Shown here piece by piece: positions 14,001-24,900 of a DNA stretch of 64,000 bases. This DNA comes from Monocercomonoides exilis PA203. Taxonomy: Eukaryota > Protista > Preaxostyla. A program made the position numbers and the translations under genes. A model generated the notes under the pieces. That model saw only the letters and a list, made by a program, of their open reading frames with translations. It did not search any database and was not told the origin of the DNA. The stretch lies in assembly GCA_001643675.2 (NCBI GenBank), contig LSRY02000016.1, forward strand, positions 248,001 through 312,000. Direction: 5' to 3'. Numbering within the stretch: the first letter of the stretch is position 1; every line of letters starts with the position of its first letter.

Positions 14001-16676
14001 CCCATGTCTTCCACCACAAATCTGCTAGCCACACCGCTTTTGTCACACAGCACATCTGAGACAGGAGGGCTGCCAATGACTGAGAGTGTGCTTCCATTTT
14101 ATGAAGGTGAGCCACCTCCTCCGTCTGTTGTGCAGCGGCATCTGAACGAGCTGGTCAGGCACAATCCGTGTCCCTACTTCCACCCAGGTGTCAACGGGTG
14201 TGGCCTCTACTGTGTCTTCGATGGGCATCACGGGCCAGCCACTGCGAATTTCTTATCGGCGCATTTTATTGAGGCGTTTCTGCTGGTGGTGGAGAAGGAG
14301 TGCGAGAAGAGGAGGAGGATCAGAAGAGAAAGAGATGAGAAGATTAAAAAGCTGATACAATACTCAACTGCTCTCAAAGTGCAGGAAAGATACAATGCTC
14401 TTTCTACACCGAATCTCCACTCTTCAATAAATGCTCTCTCTTCTTCTGCTTCTTCTGCTTCTTCTGTCACTTTACCATCTTCCCCTTCTTCTTCATTATC
14501 TTACCCCTCTTCCTCATCTTTCTCTTCCACTTCCTCACCTTCCTCACCTTCCTCTCCTGAAACCCCCGGCAGTGCCAAGCACCCTTGTCTGTCTCGTCTG
14601 TTGGAAGAGACATTCGACTTGTTGGCAACAAAGTTGGATGTGCTGATGGTGCCTGATGGTGCCTGTGCTGTCTCTGTCATCATCACCCCCACACGCGTCT
14701 ACACTGCAAATGTGGGCGACAGCAGAGCTGTGTTAGTGTCACGCTTTTACGACAAGCGGATGTTTGGCGCGAGAAAAGAGGTGAAAAGGACAGCGGGAAT
14801 GGTTTTGACTGGCAGTCAGCTTGTGGGCAATGGAGGAGGAGGAGGACGAGGAGGACAGACACTGAATTCTTCAGCGTCTGTGTCTTCTTTGGCTTCTTCT
14901 CCTTCCACTTTCTCCCTTTCTTCTAATTCTCCCTCTCCTTCTCCTTCATCTGCCAACTCGAAGCCCTCTCCTCTTTCCATCTCCACAACCAGCCAAGCAA
15001 ATTCCTCTCCTTCCTCTTCTCTTTCTTCTTCTCTTTCTGCCTCTCCGTCAGAAGCTGTCGTTCCCACATGCTTCTGCCCAACACTCTTCCACAACAGCTC
15101 TGCCTCCACACTTCCTGATCTCATACACTCATACACATTCACCACATCATACAACTCTGAATCACCTCACCCATACTCTCTCCCTAAGAATAATACCACC
15201 TCAGATCTTTCTCTCTCTTCTTCTTCTTCTTCTTCTTCTATTGTGAGTTCATTGACATCATCATCTTCCTCTTCCTCTTCTTCTTCAACAGCCACTTCAG
15301 CTGTTGTTTCCTCTCATCACTCCAAAATCAAGTATTATGACCCTTCCCCAACTGCCTATCTTCAGCCCCACATTTACCCCGAGATGCCTTTAGGTGTGTT
15401 TGTCGCCAGCAAAAACATCACCTTCGACCACAAGCCAGACGTGAAGAGGGAGCTGAACTACATCAAAAGCGTTGGCGGCTTCCTGAACGGCGACAGAAGA
15501 GTGAATGGAATACTTGCTGTGGGGCGGGCGATGGGCGATAAAGACAACGGCCCGGCCATCTGCAAGGAGCCTGATGTGTATTGCATGGCGCTCAACAGGT
15601 GGCGAGGACTCCACATCGGGTGCCGGCCTGAGCGTGCGAAGAGGATTGTGAATGCAGTGAGGACGGAGGATGTGGAGATTCCAGATGACAACGACGAGCC
15701 AGATATATACGAGGAGCAGCTGCGCATTGAAGAGGAGATAAGGAAGCAGAGGGAAGAAAGGGGGAATGGCGCAGATTATGACCCAGATGAAGAAGTGCCA
15801 AAGGACGTGCTGATGAAGCTGCCTGACTTCTGCCCGCAGGCGAAGAAGAAGCCGTACCGCATCCACGACAAGAGCTTGGCGCAGACGCTGAACAGCTACT
15901 TGCTCCAGCTGGCGCCTTATCCTTCAGCCAACCACGATCCACCGCCAGGGCGGAACCCGAATGCGAAGCCAGTCTCGTTTGAGACGTACTTCGACTCAGA
16001 CTCGTTCACATACTCCACCAGCAACACATACGACACGCAGACAGAGAAGATCATCAACTGCTCGCTGGACGAAGGGCTGCAGCTGCTCTCCACTGCCTCA
16101 TACATCCCTGCTGCATACTCTGCTCTTCCCTCTCTGACTGCCACGTTCAACTCGATGAAGTTTCCTCCGCTGACAGCGTGGTCGGACTCGTCGCAATACA
16201 CACACGCCAACTGGGCCAGGGAGGATGTGGCAGTCGTCATCTGCTGCGATGGGGTGTATGATGTGCTCAACAACCAGCTGATTGCGGAGCTGGTGTGCCC
16301 GTGGGCGCAGTCTGGCAACCACGATGTGTTCAATGATCCTTTGTTTGACGACGATCAGAGCGAGTTGGAGCTGGAGGACGAAAGAGCGTCTGGAACGGAG
16401 GAGCAAGCGAAAAAGAGCGAGGAGTCGATGAAGGAATCGAAAAAACGGAAAGGAAAGAAAGAAATCGAAATGGAGGAAGACGGTGGAGAAGGAGGTGCAG
16501 GCAAGGAGAAGAAAAGGAGGAAGAAGAGAGGGATACGGGGTGTGGAAGGGGTTGGATGCAGATGTCATCGCATTAACAAGGGCCATCTTGCAGAGTTGGC
16601 TGCTCTTCGACTCAGAAATGCAGCAGATGCGTTGGAGACTCAAGATAACGTTAGTGTCATCGTGGTAATGCTTTGA
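8007..16676 (+). CDS. Leucine-rich-repeat + PP2C (PPM) protein phosphatase, PHLPP-like architecture, with large low-complexity insertions
   Basis: Four short 5' exons plus a ~7.5-kb last exon. Many LxxLxLxxNxL repeats. PP2C motifs in order: GTRPSMEDA, VFDGHHG, YTANVGDSRAVL, TFDHKPD, RVNGILAVGRAMGD, CCDGVYDVL, DNVSVIVV. Confidence 0.9.
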
Positions 16677-17248
16677 TTGCAGATAATAACATTGAGTCAC
16701 ATATACAATGTTCAAACTTTATATCTTCGATTTACCAAAAATTGAAATGTTGAAAATAACAATAATCAGAATTTCAAGTTGTGATAAAAATTTATATTTT
16801 AATTATTAATTTCTCATATCCACCAAAAAGGTTGTGTTTCCGATTTTCATTAATTTTCAGCATATTTCATAGAATTTTTGCAAAATATTAATTTTTATGT
16901 TCCAATTATTTTCACTATTTGAAATAAACAATTCTGTTATATTTAATTCCCTTTGTTTGATGTATGCAAATCTATTTTCTATTCTCACATTCCTGTTTTT
17001 AAGTTTCTCGTTGTTTTCATTAATTCATTTGTTTATTTTTATCACATCACGTTACATCGATCCCCTTTTTCTACATTGTGTGTTCTCCTCCCATTTTGAA
17101 TTTTTGTTGAAATTTGTGAATTATGCATGCAAATCCAACTACTATTCTATTTTCAGCACTGATGGATTTTTTGAAATTTTTTTCTTTTTTGAAATGTAAA
17201 ATAAAAGTTTTAAAAAATGTGAAAATTCAACGAAAATAAAAATTGATT

Positions 17249-17733
17249 TCAATGTGCAAGCTTCACAGCAGCATCGAACTCTTTCATCATTGAAATTGAT
17301 GTAGTCTGCAAATCACGGAAAGCTTTTAACAATGCATCTTTGGGAGATATGCTTCCGTCTGTCTGGATTCTGATGATGCATTCATTTTTAAGAGGATGTG
17401 GCATTTGGTAGCCAGCAAATTCTATTTCTGGGTATTGCAGAAGCTGCCTAAATTGAGAAGCATATTTATGAAAAGAAAATTTTGCAGTATAAACAATTCA
17501 AAAAGATAAATATGTTTAAAAATATTTTTTGATTAATATTTCACAATGAAATACAGTAAATACAATCGTATAATTGTTAAATAAGCACACATTCTAACAA
17601 GATTTCCAATAGTATGATCTTCCAATTGCAATGTGTATATAGCTGCATTTGGAACACGTTTATCAATCTGTACTGTAACCTTTTCAACTCCTGATGGTAA
17701 TGCAACTAAAGCGCCTCGATCAGGAGCGTTCAT
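17249..17733 (-). CDS. RPB11: RNA polymerase II subunit RPB11 (2 exons)
   Basis: MNAPDR...PNAAIYTLQLEDHTIGNLVRM, then a GT-AG intron, then QLLQYPEIEFAGYQMPHPLKNECIIRIQTDGSISPKDAL; stop TGA at 17249-17251. Confidence 0.95.
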
Positions 17734-17808
17734 TCCTATGTCACACTAATTAAAAAATTATAAATAATTAATTATGTTTTGAGATCATAATTTAAGTCTG
17801 TGTAGATT

Positions 17809-18499
17809 ATGGAGCTTCTGATTAGAGTTTCTACCGTGTTATTTACGGAATTTTTCGTTGCAAGGAAAATTGACTGGGAAATGGGAAATTATCGGGAAAA
17901 TTTAGCAAAGATATTTTACATTTCTCAGTTTTTTTACTTAGGAATATATTTCATTCTTATATTGAAAATAATGAAAACAAATCCATACATAAAATCTGTA
18001 CCAGTGATGAGGACATCTGTTGAAGCGTTATTAAGCGGGTATTTTTATTGCCCTTTTGTTATTTATAAATAGAAAATTTGTTTCCTTTAAAACCATCAGA
18101 AGGCCATCATACGACATGCAAAGCGTGCAGTCGTATGATCTTAGCAAATGGAAATCGAGTTTGAGCATGTTTGTTGTGAATTTTGCAGTGTGCTCGATCA
18201 TGCGAAGGCAATACGATATTGTTTCATTAACGATAGTGCAAACTATTTTACCGTTCTTTAATTTGCTACAGCATTATTTGGTGAAAGAACATATTTTCAG
18301 AAGAAAGCAGCAACGTCCAACGCCTTTTGGAATTTTTGAGCGGTTCTTCTTGAAAAAACTGTATGGAGAATCAGTGAATACTTCTTTTGTTGTTGAACAA
18401 ACAAAAACATCAAATGCAACGAAAGGAAAAGCGAATGCGGAAGAAGGCTTAAAGAAAAAGCATAAAAAATCAGTGGGAATTGGAAAGGCTCCTTCATGA
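17809..18499 (+). CDS. PHO88/SND3-family ER membrane protein (2 exons, ~33-nt intron at about 18040-18072)
   Basis: Joining ORF 17809 to ORF 18056 gives ARKIDWE...IFYISQFFYLGIYFILILKIMKTN...SVQSYDLSKWKSSLSMFVVNFAVCSIM...IVQTILPFFNLLQHYLVKEHIF...RP. This matches the Pho88 pattern as recalled (RIDxE, TM, xYD, TM, xQxIxP, LVKxHxF, RP). Confidence 0.7.
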
Positions 18500-18806
18500 A
18501 TTTCGAAATCACATATTTTGAACTGGACTCGTTTATTCACCGACAATACAAGTTGTTATTGAAGTCTTCGTTAGAGGCTTGAAAAAGTATATCATTTTAT
18601 GATTTCTATTTGTGATCGAGAGTTCATAAATTGTAGATTCTTTGAAATTGATGTTTTCTTCACACATTTTGCAATTATTTTTGATGAAAAAAGAAAACTT
18701 TTATTAAATATAAAAGGATTAAGGAATATTGAAGGTTACGCATTTGTAGTAATAACCATAAAATTGAAGAAATGAATTAAAAAAAGTGAAATGTATTTAA
18801 AAAAAC

Positions 18807-19596
18807 TTAAAAGAGTTTTGCCCTCAAAAATAAGCCTAATGCTACTCCAAGAACAACTACTGCATAAGGAACATATTGACGAATTCCTGCTCCCTTGCTA
18901 AGCTCAATTGAACGGTTCCTAAAGGATTTTGAATCAGCAACAAGATTAGTAGAAAGTTGTGTTACAACATCGATTTTCTCTCCTCTTCCGATAACATCTT
19001 CAAGACTTTTTGTTAATACTCCTCGAACATCTTTCAATTCTTCATTCAATTCATCAAGTTTGTGTTGTTGCTTCATTTCACAGTATCTTCTCCGCTTTTT
19101 TTCCATTTCCATGTCATAAGATACAAATGCGAATGGCCTTATTGCTGCTTCTATTTCAGTTGCATGAAGCCTTAAAAAATCACGTGATATGTCTTCCAAA
19201 TAGCTAAATGCGATTGAACGAGGAAAAGACGAAGAACAAAGAGCAAGAAATACAACATTATGATCGATAGAATAGCTAAATTGAAAAATATAGTTGTTAT
19301 TTTATTGGCCTCAAATTGAAACAAACTAGTATATGAATCTTCCTTCTTCGATAGCAAGCTGTTTGGGTGAAGAAAATGTCAATGTTTTAAGAATTTGTTT
19401 TGCTTTGTTTTTTTGAGGTTCAAGATCGTATGCTACGGGTTCAAAGGATTGTATTTATTCATAAATTATTAATAAATACATATTATAGTGTATTCAAAAA
19501 TAACCGAAAAAAATGCAGACAAGTATCATCCATCATTGATCCTGCAAGAATGAGTCCATCTGACAGTCTTGAAATAAAAGTTACATAAATTGTCAT
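18807..19596 (-). CDS. SEC22: Longin R-SNARE SEC22
   Basis: MTIYVTFISRLSDGLILAGSM (longin start), FPRSIAFSYLEDISRDF, IRPFAFVSYD, SNARE motif LNEELKDVRGVLTKSLEDVIGRGEKID, C-terminal TM; short GT-AG introns. Confidence 0.9.
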
Positions 19597-19999
19597 CGTC
19601 TAAAAATGCAATAAAAACGATAATTTTTCTTGTTAAAGGTACACCGCACATAAAGGTGTTGCAAACACTCAAATGATAATAATAATAACTTGATTTTTTT
19701 ATTATGGATGAACAAAATTTTTTCAAATAAAATAAATAAATAAGTTAAGAAATTAATTAATTAATTAAAACTTTGCTCAACTTTTTGTAATTTATATTTC
19801 AAATAATAAATCGTACAAATCACAAAATCAGAAAAAAAAAAATCAAACAGTTTAATTTGTTAAATATCGAAAAAGTGTTTTAGTGTGAATACGTATTTTT
19901 TTAAAAATATCTTCAAATTATATTGCATTTGGTCAGCTCATTTTAAAATTAAGTTACTGAATCGAGAAAAATTGTTGAAAAAAAACAATAATGATATCC

Positions 20000-20283
20000 A
20001 TATGGTGCGAAATATTTCTCTTCATGCATTTTCTTTGAAAAATTGTGAACTTTTCATTTTCTTTTTGAGAACAAAAAACACAATCAGAATTGGTCCATTT
20101 TTTGACATTCGTGAAATGTTGGAAGACTTTATGTTTTGATTACAACAATACCTGTTTCAGGATATGAAAATCAAATTTATTTTGAAATCTGAGAAAGTGA
20201 AATAAAGTAATGAGTGAAGTTGATTTTTTTTTTTTTGTGTTTTGTGCAAAAAAAGCTTGAAAGTCCATATTTTCCCCCATATT
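20000..20283 (+). repeat. Old dispersed repeat copy (family also at 50819-51094 and 51749-52024)
   Basis: Colinear similarity, e.g. ATGAAAATCAAATTTATTTTGAAATCTGA...AAAAGCTTGAAAGTCCATATTTTCCCCCATAT here versus ATGAAAATCTAATTTATTTTGTAATCTGA...AAAAGCTTGAATGTCCATATTTTCCCCCATAT at 51.9-52.0 kb. Confidence 0.75.
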
Positions 20284-20440
20284 AATAACTTCTTCATAAA
20301 TATTTTTAACTTTTCGTTTTGTCCCCACTTCCCGATATGATTTCATTTCAAAAGTGATTGAAACTAATTTCTCGAAGGATAATCAACAATAACGAAAATA
20401 TCAATCAGAAAAATCCTTTCTCATCAAGGTGAATTCATAA

Positions 20441-21399
20441 GGGTCAGTAATTTATCATATCCCCTTTTTTAAATCGGGACCCAAATTTTCTGGCTCACAG
20501 GAGCACTTTCAGTAAAAAATAAATAACAGGAAACCTTTTTTAAACTTTTATATACTATGCCAGAAAATATTTTTTATTTTTTTTATTTCTGTAAATAGAT
20601 CTGGAATTTTTTGTTTTATTTTTCTGATCAAAGACTTGCTCATATTTTCACGAGCTTTTTGTTTTGAGTGTTTTGAGTTATATCATTGTTTATAAACTTA
20701 ACTTCTTTGCAATTTTGGTTATTTTATATTATTAAACACTTCGTTTTTTTATTATTTTTTCCATTTCATGATTTTTTGACAAAATTAGAAACAATAGCAG
20801 AGTTTGAAATTGTTATGGTTTTTCGTATGAAAGAAAAATTGAAAAAATGATTGTTTTGTGCGTTACAAAGATTTTGAAATGAAAGAATGTGATTTGAAGC
20901 AAAAAATGCAAAAATAAATTAAAACGTTTTTTTTTTTTTGAAAAAAAATCTCGATCATAAAAAACTAAAGATTTTCATCCTTTTGAATACCTTTGTTAAT
21001 TGATAGTTTTCATATTTTCCCTTTTGAATTAACGAAAAAACTTATTTATTCAAATGTATTCTTCAATTTGTTGAAATTTAGTGAAATGGAAAAAATAATA
21101 AAAAAACGAAGTGTTTAATAATATAAAATAACCAAAATTGTAAAGAAGTTAAGTTTATAAACAATGATATAACTCAAAACACTCAAAACAAAAAGCTCGT
21201 GAAAATATGAGCAAGTCTTTGATCAGAAAAATAAAACAAAAAATTCCAGATCTATTTACAGAAATAAAAAAAATAAAAAATATTTTCTGGCATAGTATAT
21301 AAAAGTTTAAAAAAGGTTTCCTGTTATTTATTTTTTACTGAAAGTGCTCCTGTGAGCCAGAAAATTTGGGTCCCGATTAATTTTTTGGGTACCGAAAAA
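20441..21399. mobile_element. Non-coding foldback/MITE-like element with 296-bp near-perfect inverted arms (20473-20768 and 21082-21377)
   Basis: The arms are reverse complements with one mismatch seen. Degenerate inverted similarity extends outward to GGGTCAG (20441) / CTGACCC (21399). The AT-rich 313-bp spacer has no ORF. Confidence 0.8.
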
Positions 21400-21727
21400 T
21401 TTCTGACCCTATTAGAAAAAAAAGTTGATAGCATTGAATTGTTTGAAATAATTGGCGAATAAAAGAAAAAACAAATCAAGAAAGTGTTTTTAAAAATAAT
21501 GGAGATCCTATCAGTACATCCACATAATCTTTTTTTGATTCGTGGCTTCATTTTTTGGATGCGGTTGAAGGGATATTTGTTTCATTGATGCTTTCCTAAA
21601 TTTCTCGCAAAAGGTTCTCATTTTGATGATTTTTGATGAATTGCCCCAAATGAAGTGAGGAAAAGTTATAATTTTATTTGCCATTCAATATTCATTTCGG
21701 CCAATCAAAAGGAACCTAAATCCAAAG

Positions 21728-21773
21728 AAAAAACAAAGCAAAAAACAAAGCAAAAAACAAAGCAAAAAACAAA
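21728..21773 (+). repeat. Short tandem repeat (AAAAAACAAAGC-like) x ~4
   Basis: Seen directly, downstream of the giant receptor gene. Confidence 0.7.
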
Positions 21774-21936
21774 TAACCCGAAAAAATTGCACCACACAAA
21801 CGGAATACTCGTCAAATTCATCGAGTGATCCGTCAATAGTGAAGCATCGTATCCAACGCTCCATATCCGTTCATCCATCCCAGCTGTTGTTTCAAGGCAG
21901 TTGTGCTAATCATCTTCTTTCTCTGCTTCCTCCTTT

Positions 21937-24900
21937 TCATCTATTGCTGTATCCACTCCAGCTTCTGCTCTGTCGAGTCGCAGCCTCGCTGCCTCCATCA
22001 TCGCTCCTTGCTTCAAAATCGATGGCGTCTGATGCTGTGACAAACACAGCTCCTGCGGGAAACCGACTGAAGAATTCTCGCTTCAAAGTTATCAAGCCCC
22101 ACCTCTCCGATGGCGATGCAGACAAGCATGCTTTTATCATTTCTCCATATTCCTCACTCCCTGCTTTCTCGGGTTTCGGCCTTTCCCCATTCACAATTTT
22201 CTGCCCGGCTGCTTCTGCAGAATAGTCTCCAAACGGGATCTTCAGAGTCAGGCATTCCCACAACATCATCCCCACAGAAAACACAACTGACTCCTTTGTC
22301 GCTCTCATCTTTTTCTTCCCCATCAGCTCCGGCGCCTTCCATCGCTTGTATTCGTCTCTGCAGCCTTCATCATCCTCAAATGCCGATGAGGGTGGCGGTG
22401 AGTCTACGAATCGCTCACTCATCAATGAAACATCAGAGGATGATGTGACAATCGTGCATGATGAAGCAATGGATGAGGAGTCTGAATCCGACTCATCAGA
22501 GCAGTCAGAGTGAAGCGCTATGACAATCACCATCTGCTCAGAGAACAGCACAATGTGCGGACTCAGATTCGCCAATGACTGAAGTGGGTTTTCCATCTCA
22601 TTGAATGAGTGCAGCGCTCCATTCACCACCCAGAACAGGATCTGTGCAGCTGTCATCTCCCGCTCCTTCAATGAACCAATCGCCATCTCCTTCTTCTCAT
22701 TCTTCCCATGCACAAGCATGAATAGCGAGTCACGAAGATCCGCTATCAGCTTCTCATGCGGCGACGAGCATGCCATTCCATCCACCAGATTTGACATTGA
22801 CGAGGTGGTTGGGCACAGACTCTCTGATCGAACAAATGTTGAATCTGAATCAGTTGTCGAAGTGGTGGAAGTGGATGAAATGGATGGCGATGGTGTTCTC
22901 TTCTGAATCTCTTCTTCTTCAACCTTCTCCAGTGCCCACTCCGGAATCTTGTCTGAATCTCTCCCAAGTATGTATTCGGTGGAGCCGCTCTCACTTAACA
23001 AATGCTCGGATGATTCAGAATGTTGCATATTCGTATCATATGCTCTTTTCTTGATCCTCTCTTCATTCTTCTTCTCTGCCTCCCTCTCTGCTCTCTTCCA
23101 TTGTTCCTCAGGCGACATCTCCATCGTCATCATCTCAATCAGCTTCGGATCCTTCCTCACTGTATCTTCCACAATCTCCTCCAGTTCTTCTGTTCTTCTT
23201 TTTTGCTTTCTCCATCGAACAGTTGTAACCACTGCTATAATCAGAATTACAAAAAGAACAACAGCCATTATTATAACAACCAATGGCCATGATGATTTTT
23301 CTTTGTTTCCTCCTTCAACAAGTTTTTCGTTTCCATTCACCTGTGCTTCTGTTCTGTTCTTCACAACAAACCATTTCGTGCCCTGCCGCCTGGCTGCATC
23401 TCCAAACTCAATCCTCACCCTCACCTCTGCTGTCTCTGCCGCTCCTCGAGCTGCTGATGCTCCTATTCTGCTGCACACCTCCTCCTCTGACACATAGTCA
23501 GATTCCACAAACTCATGCCGCTCCACTGCTTCTGCGTTCCCATCCCATACGCTCACCCCAAATGAAAGATTGCACGGAATTAGCTGTCGCCCCACAAACC
23601 TCACCTCCAGCTCCTCCCCTGCTCCCCTCATATGCGCCTCCTCCACAACTGGCACAAACAGCGCCCATCCCCTTTCCCCTGCAATCCCTTCCAGTGTGCA
23701 CCCTTCACTCAGAATCCACAGCGAGCTGTTCTCCTTTGCACCGTCCCCTCCTTTCAGGCTCACAACATTAACCTTTCCCAAACCGCTGCACACCACATTC
23801 CGCCGGATGGATCTGTACTTCTCCACTGTCCCATTGTTGTTCTCAAACATCCCCATCTCAATCCTCACATCCCCACCATCCACCCCAGCCCCTCCACAGC
23901 TGCTGTTTGCAATCACTGTGTCTTTCATCCGGCTGCTGCAATTCTCCATCTCAACAACAGATCCATTCCAAAAGCATATCCCTTCCTCCGCTCCCTCCCA
24001 GTTTGTCTTCTCCAACAATCCACATCCATCAAACGTACAGCTGTCAAATGCAATGCTCGAAGCACACAAAACCTTCACTCCGCTCCCTCTTGCCGATTGC
24101 GATGTGCATCTTCGGAATGTGCAGTTCACAATTTCTCCCATCTCTTTCCCTTCCCCAGCTCTTAGCAATATGCACGATGCTCCTCCAGAGAGGCGTGTGA
24201 TGTTTTCAAAGCTGCACGATCCAATTCGTGGCAACAGCTTTGCTCCAGAGCAAATGATGCTCCCATCTTCCACGCTAATATCCGCCACGCTCACATTGTT
24301 CACGCTCGTCTCTTGCTCCGGCCCTGATGCCTCAATCACTCCATTCACTGTTTCCAAGAATCTGAGACCTGCAACCTGAACGCTTGACACAGCACAGCCA
24401 CCGCCTCCAATCCATATCAGCGAGAACCCAATTCTCGCCTTCCCATTCTCCTCCTCCCCATTTTGCATCGTGCTGAACGAACACAGCTGTATCCTGAGCA
24501 TCCCGCTCTGCACTTCAATCAGCCTTGCATGGCCCCATTCTGCTCCTTCTGCAAACACAAACCCCAATCCTGTCACCTCCACATTCCTCTGTGTCGCAAT
24601 AACCCCTTCCCTTCTCTGCTCTTCAATTCCCTTCACAATTATTTGCGCCATACCGCCTCCGCTCGATAGAACCCTCATCTCCACAAAATCGCACTCCCTC
24701 TCAATCACACTCTCTTCCTCCACAAACATCTGGCTCACATAATCCCATGTCACATGCTCCACCCCATAGTCGATCGATCGGCATGGAACTTCAGGCATTC
24801 CACACGATCTCTCATTTTTGCCTCCCTTCTCTCTGCTGCTCGACACCACAATCGTGTCCGACTGGAATATCGTAATGATTCCCATCAGATCAATCGCCTC

